Part shown: positions 26,023 through 34,907 of the stretch, piece after piece | Position numbering within the stretch: the stretch's first letter is position 1 | How the letters are laid out: every line of letters starts with the position of its first letter | Source: Candidatus Parcubacteria bacterium | GTDB taxonomy: Bacteria > Patescibacteriota > Minisyncoccia > Phycocordibacterales > UBA918 | Direction: 5' to 3' | NCBI GenBank assembly: GCA_039799085.1 | Contig: JBDLTL010000002.1 | Location: 1-57,114, forward strand | Length of the DNA: 57,114 nucleotides | Position numbers and translations under genes: made by a program | Notes under the pieces: model-generated | What the model saw: only the letters and a program-made list of their open reading frames with translations | What the model was told of the DNA's origin: nothing | The model's database searches: none

Positions 26023-27837
26023 ATGTGTGGAATCTTCGGTTATGTAGGAACAAGAACAGCAGCTCCTCTTTTGCTTGAGGGACTTCGGACGCTCGAGTAT
26101 CGTGGTTACGACTCCGCTGGTATTTTTATTCCCGGACAGGAGGTGGTGAAGGCGGTGGGTCCAATCGACGAACTTGCCAAGAAAATTACCACTACTATTC
26201 CTGGTACTACCGGCATTGCGCATACTCGCTGGGCGACACATGGTGCACCGACCGAAAAAAATGCTCATCCGCACCTCGACATGAGCGGTACGCTCGCTAT
26301 CGTACACAATGGCATTATCGAGAACTACCGTGAGATAAAGGAAGGTCTCACTATGCGAGGGATTACCTTTGAATCAGATACTGATACCGAAGTGCTAGCA
26401 AAGCTCATCGGCACCTTTTACACTGGCGACCTCATTACCGCTGTGCGCCAAGCGCTTCAGACAGTGCGTGGTACGTATGGTCTTGCGGTCGCTTCTCACA
26501 AAGAGCCGGGTAAGATAGTCGTTGCTCGCATGGGAAGTCCGATTGTTATTGGCTTGGCCTCCGATGGTAATTTCGTGTCTTCTGATCCTTCAGCGCTTCT
26601 CGTGCACACAAAAGACGTTATCTTTCTTGAAGACGGTGAGTGTGCGGTATTGAAAAAAGATGAGTACAAAGTCATGACTATAAAGGGAGAGTCTCGTACA
26701 AAAGAACCAGAAAGAGTCTATTGGGATGTTGAGTCAGTGCAGAAGCAGGGGTACGACCACTTCATGCTGAAGGAGATTTTTGAAGCCCCGCAAGTAATTG
26801 AAATTGCTATCCGAGGCAGATTACAGACAGACAAAGGTCGAGCCAAGCTCGGTGGGCTGGAGCCGGTCCTCGACCGATTGGCAGCGCTTAATCGACTTAC
26901 TATCATTGGGTGCGGCTCAGCATACTATGCTGGCTTGGTAGGTAAGTACATGATTGAAGAATATGCCGGATTACCTGTTGATGTTGAGCTTGGGAGCGAG
27001 TATCGGTATAAGCGAAATCTGCCCGATAAAGACAGTGCGGTGTTGGCTGTCACACAATCGGGAGAAACTGCTGACACACTCGCATCAATTCGTATGGCGA
27101 AACGCGATGGACTTCTTACACTTGGGGTGGTGAATGTTGTCGGTTCTACCATCGCGCGCGAAACAGATGCGGGTATCTACAACCACGCTGGTCCAGAAGT
27201 GGCGGTAGCTTCTACCAAGGCTTTCATTTCACAACTCACTGTGTTTGTGCTCCTCACACTGCTCATTGGTCGTGAGCGCGGTATGTCGATAGAGGAGGGA
27301 GAACAGATTGCAAAGGAGCTCGAAGCACTCCCAGGTATTATTGAGCAGTACCTTAAGAAAACTGATGAAATAAAAAAGGTGGCAGAAAAGTACGCAAAGT
27401 ATCGAGATGTGATGTATATTGGACGCAAATTCCATACGCCGCTTTCGTATGAAGGAGCACTGAAGCTCAAAGAAGTAACCTACATTCACGCCGAAGCATA
27501 TGCTGGTGGAGAATTGAAGCATGGCTCGATTGCAATGCTTGATGAAAACTTCCCGATTGTGGCACTTGCACCACAGGATGATGTGTATGAAAAAATGGTC
27601 TCAAATATCGAAGAGGCCAGAGCACGCAAGGCGCCAATTCTTATGATTACCACTGAAGGCAACTACAAAGCCACAGACTTCGCAGACGATGTCCTCTTTA
27701 TTCCAAAAGTACATCCGACTCTTCAGCCGATTGTGTCGACAATTCCACTGCAACTTCTGGCGTATCACATTGGTGTCGCCAAGGGGCTTAATGTTGATAG
27801 GCCAAGGAATCTGGCGAAGTCAGTCACGGTGGAGTAA
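26023..27837 (+). CDS. glmS: Glutamine--fructose-6-phosphate aminotransferase
   Basis: N-terminal MCGIFGYVG (Ntn Cys), two SIS domains, C-terminal DRPRNLAKSVTVE. Confidence 0.95.
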   Translation: MCGIFGYVGTRTAAPLLLEGLRTLEYRGYDSAGIFIPGQEVVKAVGPIDELAKKITTTIPGTTGIAHTRWATHGAPTEKNAHPHLDMSGTLAIVHNGIIENYREIKEGLTMRGITFESDTDTEVLAKLIGTFYTGDLITAVRQALQTVRGTYGLAVASHKEPGKIVVARMGSPIVIGLASDGNFVSSDPSALLVHTKDVIFLEDGECAVLKKDEYKVMTIKGESRTKEPERVYWDVESVQKQGYDHFMLKEIFEAPQVIEIAIRGRLQTDKGRAKLGGLEPVLDRLAALNRLTIIGCGSAYYAGLVGKYMIEEYAGLPVDVELGSEYRYKRNLPDKDSAVLAVTQSGETADTLASIRMAKRDGLLTLGVVNVVGSTIARETDAGIYNHAGPEVAVASTKAFISQLTVFVLLTLLIGRERGMSIEEGEQIAKELEALPGIIEQYLKKTDEIKKVAEKYAKYRDVMYIGRKFHTPLSYEGALKLKEVTYIHAEAYAGGELKHGSIAMLDENFPIVALAPQDDVYEKMVSNIEEARARKAPILMITTEGNYKATDFADDVLFIPKVHPTLQPIVSTIPLQLLAYHIGVAKGLNVDRPRNLAKSVTVE

Positions 27838-27853
27838 ATGAAAATGTAAGTGT

Positions 27854-27890
27854 AAAAAACGCGGCGACCTCCGGTCGCCGCGTTTTTTAT
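27854..27890. terminator. Bidirectional terminator
   Basis: acgcggcgacc / ggtcgccgcgt stem flanked by an A-run and a T-run. It overlaps the stop codon of the convergent gene. Confidence 0.85.
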
Positions 27891-28792
27891 TTTGGAAACT
27901 CTACGAGGAGTTCATCAGAGTGGTAAAACGTTGCGCCGAGGTCACCGAAGCTGTACTTCTGACCACCGATGGTAATCGGGGCGCCGGCCACTTGAGGATT
28001 TATCTTGGGTTCTGACGCATCAAACCCGAGGTTGAACAGCGTGACCAACACATCCGGCCGGCGCCCCACATCATACCCAGCTCGCTTCCACTGCGTTTCA
28101 ATTTCTTTGAGATAGATTGCGGTGTAGAGGTATGAGTAGTAGTGGTCTTTTTCATTGGTGAGCCGATTAAATAATTCGTTGTCTTTGTCAGTCGTACTAG
28201 AACTGTACGCAATAAGATTTGCGAACTCTGGTCCAGGATAAAAAGATGAAGTTGTGTCAGTAATGTGTCGCTCTACTTCCTCGGCAGTTTTCTGCTTCAT
28301 GCCAGAAACACCAAGTGAGAACTGTGAGAGGGAAGCGAGGATTTTGAGTGGTTCGAAGTAGCGTTTGAAGACTTCACGGTTTTCATCTTGCGCAAAGAAT
28401 CGCATTTGCTCTGGCATCACTGCCGCGGCAATCATGCGTGCTGGAACACCTGTCTCACTTGCGACTCTGGCGATAACTGCTTGGTCCTTTTGGAGTCCTC
28501 CTTTCACTACTTCCCACTGTACCGTCTCGTGCCATTCGCATGGTTTTGTTTGATCAAATCCTTCCACACAGCCATTACCAACCGGTCCGCTCTCCACATC
28601 TTCGCGTGTAGAGCTGCTGGTATTGAGGTTGAAGGTCGGTACTTTTCCGAAGAATGAATTGCGCTCCTCGATACTTCCGCGCACATTGGTGAGTCCAAAC
28701 TGCATACCAACAAAGACTGCCGTAAACGCCATACCGATGAGCGCGAAAATAAGAATGATGGTGATGATTATATATTTAAGAGCTTTTTTCAT
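27887..28792 (-). CDS. Hypothetical membrane-anchored/secreted protein
   Basis: MKKALKYIIITIILIFALIG signal-anchor taken from ATG 28792. No family recognised. Confidence 0.6.
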   Translation of the reverse strand: MKKALKYIIITIILIFALIGMAFTAVFVGMQFGLTNVRGSIEERNSFFGKVPTFNLNTSSSTREDVESGPVGNGCVEGFDQTKPCEWHETVQWEVVKGGLQKDQAVIARVASETGVPARMIAAAVMPEQMRFFAQDENREVFKRYFEPLKILASLSQFSLGVSGMKQKTAEEVERHITDTTSSFYPGPEFANLIAYSSSTTDKDNELFNRLTNEKDHYYSYLYTAIYLKEIETQWKRAGYDVGRRPDVLVTLFNLGFDASEPKINPQVAGAPITIGGQKYSFGDLGATFYHSDELLVEFPK

Positions 28793-28852
28793 GGCACTAG
28801 TGTAGCAAAGAGAAAGGGGTGGCGCACTCACGTGCGCCACCCCTTCATTCCG

Positions 28853-29278
28853 CTAGCCTTTCTTCCACTCCTGATATCGCTTATCGAGTGTCGGTGCGTA
28901 TGTGTCGTATGATTCCCAAGTATTAGGGGCATGGTAGGGAGATTGTTCGATCTCACCAAATACAGCAAGGTAGTCCGCCAAGAATCTCTCGCCACCATCT
29001 TCGCCTTCGTAGTAAGCTAAAGCAAAAGCATTTCCTTCTTCGTTTAAGTCTTGATCAGAGAGCATGCCGTCATTCTCCCTATCGAAGTATTCTGCTGGTG
29101 TGATCTCGTGAGCTTTTAGTTTTTCCAGAGACCGCGTTTGCGATAGATGTTCTTCACTTGAAAGATTATTAAAAATTGCCCACGCGAAGAACATTCCCGG
29201 CATCACAAATGCCTGAATCTCCGGAAGTCCCTGTGGAAACTGGTTTTCATAGTGCCAACTGGCGTCGTCGTATTTCAT
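28853..29278 (-). CDS. Hypothetical protein (141 aa, MKYDDASWHYENQFP N-terminus)
   Basis: Compact ORF with coding-like composition. Family uncertain. Confidence 0.55.
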   Translation of the reverse strand: MKYDDASWHYENQFPQGLPEIQAFVMPGMFFAWAIFNNLSSEEHLSQTRSLEKLKAHEITPAEYFDRENDGMLSDQDLNEEGNAFALAYYEGEDGGERFLADYLAVFGEIEQSPYHAPNTWESYDTYAPTLDKRYQEWKKG

Positions 29279-29309
29279 ATAAGAAATTGTAGCACCCCCC
29301 TCTTCGTAC

Positions 29310-29618
29310 TTACGGAAGTGTAAAGAGCATTACCACAAATACAATCGCTGTAAACGCTGCGAAGATACCGACAGTTTTGAGGAATAAATCGAGGGCTTTC
29401 TTCTGCTCGTTTTGGAAGAGCATGAGTGTGGGTTGATAGAAGAAGATGTAGGCCATGGTGGATGCTGATAATACGAGGAGTGAGAGCATGGCAACCGGTG
29501 CGAGGAACTCATTGTCTGGCTTGTCACTGGCAAAAATTTCCAGAAAACGAATGATGCTCACCACAAACACAACGTACATAAGCGCCGCAGCCGCGTTGTA
29601 AAAAGGGTTTTTTGTCAT
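29310..29618 (-). CDS. Hypothetical 3-TM membrane protein
   Basis: Hydrophobic ORF. ATG 29618 (MTKNPFYN) is preferred over 29675. Confidence 0.5.
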   Translation of the reverse strand: MTKNPFYNAAAALMYVVFVVSIIRFLEIFASDKPDNEFLAPVAMLSLLVLSASTMAYIFFYQPTLMLFQNEQKKALDLFLKTVGIFAAFTAIVFVVMLFTLP

Positions 29619-29692
29619 ACTAAATATAACTACGGTGGAGTAGATAGGGTTGTGATGTAGGAAAAAGTCTCGCATAAGGAGCGAGACTTTCC

Positions 29693-30025
29693 CTACATTG
29701 CTTCAATAATTTCCATCACCTCAATGTAGCTGTCCTGAAACTCTAAGTGTGGTGAATTCTTGAGAAGTTCCACAGCATCATCCATTGAGTCGGCTGTTAT
29801 GATCGAGTAGCCGCCGACCTCGTTTGGCACGGACATGCCACCGCCAGTTTTTATTCTCGTGTTCTTGCCGACGGGGTTACCTTCGTCTAAGAAGTTGGCA
29901 CTGTGGCTATCCATCCACTTCTTCCACTTTTCCACCTCATCTCTCTGTTCGGAGAAGGGTTGCTCAGCCATCATCTTTGCCATCGCTTCACTCGGCATGT
30001 TGTACAAGATTAAAAATTTTTTCAT
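29693..30025 (-). CDS. YCII/DGPF-like small protein
   Basis: About 110 aa with a GGYSIITADSMDDAVELLKNSPHL...IEVMEI pattern resembling the YciI-like fold. Confidence 0.5.
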   Translation of the reverse strand: MKKFLILYNMPSEAMAKMMAEQPFSEQRDEVEKWKKWMDSHSANFLDEGNPVGKNTRIKTGGGMSVPNEVGGYSIITADSMDDAVELLKNSPHLEFQDSYIEVMEIIEAM

Positions 30026-30199
30026 ATTGTGCATGGTGCTTGTGATTAAGGGCTAGTAATGCTGATAATACTTGTATGGTACTCCTCTGATAATGGAGGT
30101 CAAATATGTGCAAACGTTATTCGACGTGCGGGCAATGATTTCGGTAAGTTAGGTAAAAACCAGACAGAAATGCCATATCTTCCTGTCTGATTTTAATTC

Positions 30200-30361
30200 T
30201 CACCTACTTCGTGTAAGTCTATATTCACCCCAGACACCAAGCGCAACAATAACCACTCCCAGTCCCTGGGCCCCCGGACTATCGTCATATCCTCCATATA
30301 TAAATAGGAATACACCAAAAGCGACAACGACGCTTAAGCCAAGCATTTTGATAATTTTCAT
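30200..30361 (-). CDS. Hypothetical 2-TM micro-protein
   Basis: MKIIKMLGLSVVVAFGVFLFIYGG...VVIVALGVWGEY. A terminator hairpin lies downstream. Confidence 0.4.
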   Translation of the reverse strand: MKIIKMLGLSVVVAFGVFLFIYGGYDDSPGAQGLGVVIVALGVWGEYRLTRSR

Positions 30362-30441
30362 ACACCAAATATAACTGACATGGTCGTGTGGTAGTTGTGA
30401 AGTGGTTTCAAAAAACATTAGTAAAAAGGCAAGCATATAAA

Positions 30442-30479
30442 GAAAAAGTCCGGCGCACGTGTGTGCGCCGGACTTTTTC
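30442..30479 (-). terminator. Terminator
   Basis: gtccggcgcac / gtgcgccggac stem flanked by an A-run and a T-run. Confidence 0.8.
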
Positions 30480-30518
30480 TTTATGCTGTGAGCCGAATCG
30501 TGATGGAACCAAATGATT

Positions 30519-30719
30519 TCATTGCCCTGTAAGGCTTTTTTGACTATTCATATCTGATTCACTTCGACCCTTCTCGAGAGGAGCATTTTTATACAAATCA
30601 GGGTTCTGTTTCTTGTCTTCCTTAAGTAGCCAAGTAAAGACATTTACCACTCGCTCTCGCTCTTCATCTGTCCAACCACTTATATTTTTAATATCCATAA
30701 AAAGTGACAAAAGTGACAC
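30519..30719 (-). CDS. Hypothetical small protein
   Basis: 66-aa ORF. No family recognised. Confidence 0.4.
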   Translation of the reverse strand: MSLLSLFMDIKNISGWTDEERERVVNVFTWLLKEDKKQNPDLYKNAPLEKGRSESDMNSQKSLTGQ

Positions 30720-30756
30720 ATATCACAAGTTAAAAGTTACAATCGTGTGTAACTTT

Positions 30757-30966
30757 TTATGGCGTAGTAATTAATTGTGTCAGCACTGAAATCAATACAA
30801 GACTGGCTATGATTGCGACTACCTTGCCATAGATACTCTTAAATATATCTTGGAAGAATCTACATGTCATTTTAAAAATTAGCCTAAATAGACCAATAAC
30901 TATTTGCCATAGAACAGTTACTATAATCAGCAATATCTCCAAGAGATTTTCTAAGAAATTTTTCAT
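30757..30966 (-). CDS. Hypothetical 2-TM membrane protein
   Basis: 69-aa hydrophobic ORF followed by a 10-bp inverted repeat (30732-30757). Confidence 0.45.
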   Translation of the reverse strand: MKNFLENLLEILLIIVTVLWQIVIGLFRLIFKMTCRFFQDIFKSIYGKVVAIIASLVLISVLTQLITTP

Positions 30967-31125
30967 AAATAAAGAATTTTAATAAACAGCAAAGCACCCG
31001 AAGGTGCTTTGTGAGCAGGTGCATCTTCTGATCGCCGTTATGCGTGCCATTCTGAAATGAACTGAGTCCTGAGTACCTATATCAAGCAAGCAGGCTCTAT
31101 CTTTCTCGAAGCGTTTGCCAAGTAC

Positions 31126-31332
31126 CTATTTTTTGCGGTTGTACGGCGACTGGTTAGTTGGTCGCAGACTTACGTCTAGCTGACTCGCTCTGGAGCGTAC
31201 CGCATCCTCGGTTCTTCCCAGTTTAAGGCCAATTACGCGCGTCGGTGTATTCTGTTTGGCTAGTTGACCAAGCTCACGCTCTTGCTTTGGTGTCCATGCT
31301 GTTCCAGAATTTCTGATGTAGTGTTTTGTCAT
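31126..31332 (-). CDS. Small basic protein with putative SANT/Myb-like helix-turn-helix
   Basis: MTKHYIRNSGTAWTPKQERELGQLAKQNTPTRVIGLKLGRTEDAVRSRASQL. It starts 4 nt after the upstream gene stop. Confidence 0.45.
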   Translation of the reverse strand: MTKHYIRNSGTAWTPKQERELGQLAKQNTPTRVIGLKLGRTEDAVRSRASQLDVSLRPTNQSPYNRKK

Positions 31333-31336
31333 ACGA

Positions 31337-31603
31337 TTAGTGATTATTGAGCCATTTGGCTGTGTTGGGCAGGTTGTAGGTTGCCCATACTTTAGTATTA
31401 ATGTTAATGACCAGAACCTTGTCATTTGAGTCAACGAGCTTCTGGAGGTCGTTTAGGATATCTTCTGCCGAGCGAGCTGACTGGATAAGATACACAGTCT
31501 GTAGGGGTTTCATCCTATCGGTGTATTTTTCCATGTAGTCGTACACGGGCTGGTAGTTTCTTCCTGGGCTAACCAGGTCGAAGCTGATCAGGTAGCTATT
31601 CAT
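31337..31603 (-). CDS. Hypothetical 88-aa protein (predicted beta-alpha-beta-beta-alpha-beta pattern)
   Basis: MNSYLISFDLVSPGRNYQPVYDYMEKY...DKVLVININ. First gene transcribed divergently from the XRE repressor gene. Confidence 0.5.
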   Translation of the reverse strand: MNSYLISFDLVSPGRNYQPVYDYMEKYTDRMKPLQTVYLIQSARSAEDILNDLQKLVDSNDKVLVININTKVWATYNLPNTAKWLNNH

Positions 31604-31696
31604 TGTTCTTGTTTTAGTTATACTGATAAGTGAATAATGGGTGAGCGGTAGCGAAGCGCTCCCAAATATGATACTCTCATCCAGTAACATGTAAAC

Positions 31697-31770
31697 GTAA
31701 CAAATTGTTACCAATGTAACTGTAAGTTACATAGATGTAATCCTAGATAACATTTGTAACGAATCGTTAC
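31697..31770. promoter_or_regulatory. Three GTAAC-N5-GTTAC palindromic operators in a divergent control region
   Basis: gtaacaaattgttac (31697-31711), gtaactgtaagttac (31716-31730) and gtaacgaatcgttac (31756-31770). Confidence 0.7.
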
Positions 31771-31795
31771 CTGTTGCCCACATCAATATCAACTT

Positions 31796-32161
31796 ATGCC
31801 CAAGAAGAAGGCTACACTAATAGATGAGCAGTCAAACGCTGAGGAAGCGGTGAAAAAATGCGTCGGCAAGAAAATCAGTGAGATGCGCAATCGCCTGAAC
31901 TTCAGTGCACTCACTGTGTCTGAACATCTAGGTATTTCCCGTGTGGCGGTGACCCAGATTGAGACTGGTAGAAACAACATCACTGCCGTCAGTCTCTGGA
32001 AATTGGCTACATTGTTTGGTTGTGAGGTTTCAGATTTTTTCCCTGATGTACCGGATGGATATGCGCTTACAAAAGTCGATATCCATAAGGTGGCTCAAGA
32101 AGACGAAAAGGCCGCAGTGTGGGCCGAAAAGATTTTCATAAAGAAAAAACATGATAAGTAG
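31796..32161 (+). CDS. XRE-family HTH transcriptional regulator (ImmR-like repressor)
   Basis: LNFSALTVSEHLGISRVAVTQIETGRNNITAVSLWKLATLFGCEV, a canonical XRE HTH. Confidence 0.85.
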   Translation: MPKKKATLIDEQSNAEEAVKKCVGKKISEMRNRLNFSALTVSEHLGISRVAVTQIETGRNNITAVSLWKLATLFGCEVSDFFPDVPDGYALTKVDIHKVAQEDEKAAVWAEKIFIKKKHDK

Positions 32162-32645
32162 AATTGAAAAAATAGCCGAGGACGTACTCACACATTTCAA
32201 ATTAGATGTGACTCCTGTTCCTGTAGAAGAGGTGGCGAGTCGTCTACAGATAAAAATCGGCAGAGAGCCTAGTGAAGATTTTTCTGGAATCCTTATACGT
32301 AAAGATGGTAAGGCGTTAATCGGTGTAAATAGTAATGAGTCTTTTGTTCGCCAACGATTTACAATTGCTCATGAATTAGGTCATTTTATTCTTCATAAGG
32401 AGAAGGAAACTTTTGTTGACTACCGTGATAATCAAAAGGAAATTATGAGAACACCTCGTGAGAAGCAGGCAAATGCTTTTGCCGCTGCTTTACTTATGCC
32501 TAGAACTAGACTTATTAAAGATGTAAAAGCTAAGTTTAAAGATGGTATATATGAAGAAGATCTTGTCGAGTTAGCAGAATTGTACGAAGTGAGTACAGAA
32601 GCAATGAAGTATAGACTAATGAATTTAAATTTGATTCACTCATAA
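32151..32645 (+). CDS. ImmA/IrrE family metallo-endopeptidase
   Basis: HELGHFILH zinc motif, overlaps the XRE gene end, and ANAFAAALLMP is typical of the family. Confidence 0.85.
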   Translation: MISRIEKIAEDVLTHFKLDVTPVPVEEVASRLQIKIGREPSEDFSGILIRKDGKALIGVNSNESFVRQRFTIAHELGHFILHKEKETFVDYRDNQKEIMRTPREKQANAFAAALLMPRTRLIKDVKAKFKDGIYEEDLVELAELYEVSTEAMKYRLMNLNLIHS

Positions 32646-32655
32646 ATTTCAGACT

Positions 32656-33072
32656 ATGGATTACAAGATTGAAGCAAAACCATTTGTCCATAAATCAGGA
32701 CAGAAGTATCTCACTTTAGAGATTACTGACATGGCTTTTCATTCTAGTAATCCGAGAGAGACCGTGAAGATCGGTAAAAAGATGGAAGAAGCAATTGCCG
32801 AGAAGCGGGCTGGACGTTTTTACAAACCCTTAACAAGTCCGCCTCCATTGGATCGTGCTTCGATTAGGCAATATATAATAGAACAACTTCAACAGAATGA
32901 AGATTTTGTACGTCTGGTTAAGGAGCAGGAGGAACAAGGTGTAAAAGTTCTCATCGCCATACCTGAAGACTATATTCCTGTCGGCCTAGGGGCTGATGCC
33001 GTTGAATTTATGAATAGTAAGAATGGTAAACGGTTAATAAGAGGGGTTGCAAAGGAAAAAAGAGAGGAATAG
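32656..33072 (+). CDS. Hypothetical protein (138 aa)
   Basis: Third gene of the XRE/ImmA operon. No family recognised. Confidence 0.55.
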   Translation: MDYKIEAKPFVHKSGQKYLTLEITDMAFHSSNPRETVKIGKKMEEAIAEKRAGRFYKPLTSPPPLDRASIRQYIIEQLQQNEDFVRLVKEQEEQGVKVLIAIPEDYIPVGLGADAVEFMNSKNGKRLIRGVAKEKREE

Positions 33073-33235
33073 AATTACAAGTACAACTTTGCGTAGTAAA
33101 AAGTAGAGTAGCGTATCGCCTTAGGCCATGCCTACTTCGCGCAAGAAATAAGTAGTCTTTCGACCAGCTTATTTCGTGTGTGGAGTAGGCATTTTCTATA
33201 TCCATACATTTTATTGAATTTAATTCACTAAAAGT

Positions 33236-34519
33236 ATGCAAAAGCTACAATGGGCAACTGTCCAGAAGAAAGTAGACGATCTTGTTCCGCAGGAAATTAA
33301 TCCTCGCAAGATCACCGACGCTCAGATGAAAGCTCTCACAGAGAGTCTGAAGAAGTTCAATCTAGTAGAGATACCAGCTATAGACGCAGATGGCACAATC
33401 CTTGCTGGTCACCAGCGTATTAAGGCACTTCAGCTCTTAGGTCGGGGTGAAGAATTAATCGACGTACGGGTACCAAACCGCAAACTCTCTGACAAAGAGT
33501 CTAAGCAATACCTCATAGGTTCAAACAAGCTCGGGGGCGACTGGAATTATGATCTCCTCAAAGCGTTCGATATGGACACTTTGTCTTTCGCTGGCTTTGA
33601 ATCAATGGAGCTAGCGAAGTTTTGGGACGAGGACAGCGCTACTAAAGAAGATGACTTCGACGTAGAAAAGGAACTAAAGAAAATCTTCACCCCTAAGACG
33701 AAACTCGGGGACGTTATTCATCTCGGGCGACATAAGCTTATTTGTGGCGACTCCACTAAACCAGAAACGCTTACTCGACTACTCGGCACTGAGCGAGCCT
33801 CGATGATCTACTCAGACCCTGTATATAACATTCAGGTGAACTATGACGGTGGAATCGGTGGTAAGAAAGAGTACGGCGGAAATGTAAATGACTCTCGTAC
33901 CTTTGAAGAATACCAGACGTTCATCAAGGATAGTCTCAGTGCCGCCCTTGCTGTATCAGAACCTAACACGCACGTCTTCTACTATTGCGACCAAATCTAT
34001 ATTGGACTGATTCAGGAGGTATATCGCTCACTGGGTATCGCAAATAAGCGAGTTTGTTTATGGCTTAAAAATTCGCAAAATCCCGTACCGAAAGTGTTTT
34101 GTAATAAGGCGTATGAGCCTGCTGTGTATGGTGTGCGAGGAAAGCCCTATCTAGCTGAGAGTATGCAGGATCTAAATGAAGTACTTAACAAAGAATTTAG
34201 TACAGGTAACGAGCTGATCACACAGGTTGATGATTTTATTGAAATATGGACCGCTAAGCGACTGTCTGCCAAAGACTACCAGCACGCCACCTCAAAACCA
34301 TTCACACTCCACGAAAAAGCGATTAAACGTTGTACCAAGCCAAATGACATTATCCTCGATAGTTTTCTTGGCTCTGGTAGTACGCTCCTAGCGGCTGAAC
34401 AGCTAGGACGACGAGTCTATGGTTGCGATTTAGAACCTCGGTTTTGCGACCTCATTATCAACCGCTTTGAAGCTATGACAGGCACCAAAGCAATCGTTGA
34501 ACGGTATGAAGAAAAGTAA
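33236..34519 (+). CDS. ParB-like nuclease domain fused to N4/N6 DNA methyltransferase
   Basis: N-terminal INPRKI...ILAGHQRIKAL (ParB/Srx motif). C-terminal SDPVYN (motif IV-like) and DSFLGSGST (motif I). Confidence 0.85.
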   Translation: MQKLQWATVQKKVDDLVPQEINPRKITDAQMKALTESLKKFNLVEIPAIDADGTILAGHQRIKALQLLGRGEELIDVRVPNRKLSDKESKQYLIGSNKLGGDWNYDLLKAFDMDTLSFAGFESMELAKFWDEDSATKEDDFDVEKELKKIFTPKTKLGDVIHLGRHKLICGDSTKPETLTRLLGTERASMIYSDPVYNIQVNYDGGIGGKKEYGGNVNDSRTFEEYQTFIKDSLSAALAVSEPNTHVFYYCDQIYIGLIQEVYRSLGIANKRVCLWLKNSQNPVPKVFCNKAYEPAVYGVRGKPYLAESMQDLNEVLNKEFSTGNELITQVDDFIEIWTAKRLSAKDYQHATSKPFTLHEKAIKRCTKPNDIILDSFLGSGSTLLAAEQLGRRVYGCDLEPRFCDLIINRFEAMTGTKAIVERYEEK

Positions 34520-34907
34520 GTCTGCTAAGCAGTTTCTTCTTGAACTGACTAAAGTACCGATTGTGCAGGTAGCGTGTGAGAAAGCTGGTCTGTCTCGTAA
34601 TACCGTCTATCGCTGGCGGAAGGAGGATAAGGAATTTGAGAAGAAAATGGATCAAGCCATCACTGATGGTGTGGCTTTAGTGAACGACATGAGCGAAAGC
34701 CAACTCCTCACCCTTATAAAAGAAAAGAACTTTCAAGCGGTACGATTTTGGCTCAATAAGCGCCACCCAGCCTACAAGGACAAGATTGAAGTAACAAGGG
34801 TAGGAACTATCGAAGAACTGACGCCCGAACAGGAAGTTACTGTGCGAAAGGCACTAGAAATGGCTCGCATTATTCCATCTAAAAAACATGATCATGATAA
34901 ACAATAA
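34506..34907 (+). CDS. Terminase small subunit-like HTH protein
   Basis: VACEKAGLSRNTVYRWRKEDKEFEKKMDQA HTH, located immediately upstream of the large terminase. Confidence 0.6.
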   Translation: MKKSKSAKQFLLELTKVPIVQVACEKAGLSRNTVYRWRKEDKEFEKKMDQAITDGVALVNDMSESQLLTLIKEKNFQAVRFWLNKRHPAYKDKIEVTRVGTIEELTPEQEVTVRKALEMARIIPSKKHDHDKQ

